A stretch of 64,000 nucleotides of DNA from Lytechinus pictus (lineage: Eukaryota), in contig NC_087250.1 of assembly GCF_037042905.1 (NCBI RefSeq), forward strand, positions 18,168,001 through 18,232,000, read 5' to 3'. The notes under the pieces were generated by a model. That model saw nothing but the letters and a program-made list of their open reading frames with translations. It had not been told where the DNA came from and did not search any database. The position numbers were made by a program, and so were the translations under genes. The stretch's first letter is position 1. Each line of letters starts with the position of its first letter. Shown piece by piece: positions 63,968 to 64,000 of this stretch.

Positions 63968-64000
63968 TAGTTATATTTATCCAGGTAAGCCACTTCAGTT

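Noticed and set aside
63749..63993. Poly-Ile ORFs (and IYIY ORFs at 35941-36208 and 38129-38332)
   Set aside because: These are translations of microsatellites.

Overview
AT-rich, repeat-dense animal genomic DNA. The repeat and gene families suggest a sea urchin or other echinoderm (inference). About two thirds of the window is transposon-derived: one L1/Tx1 LINE, six CR1/L2-type LINE copies or fragments, an RTE fragment, a Penelope element, CORE-type SINEs and many non-autonomous DNA transposons. Several of the DNA transposons show readable TIRs and TSDs and are nested. One host gene could be assembled by hand on the minus strand from 11 phase-compatible GT-AG exons (59412 down to 35499; 796 aa from the ATG at 59410; further 5' exons are possible). 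It encodes ~11 ankyrin repeats, a ZU5 domain ending in an intact HFS motif, a UPA-like region and a C-terminal death domain. This resembles the architecture of PIDD1/UNC5CL/NLRP1-FIIND autoprocessing receptors, but with an ankyrin sensor. Its introns contain a sense-strand Penelope hammerhead ribozyme just upstream of the death-domain exon, a ~2 kb foldback element, a tandemly triplicated intron and a four-element transposon nest.
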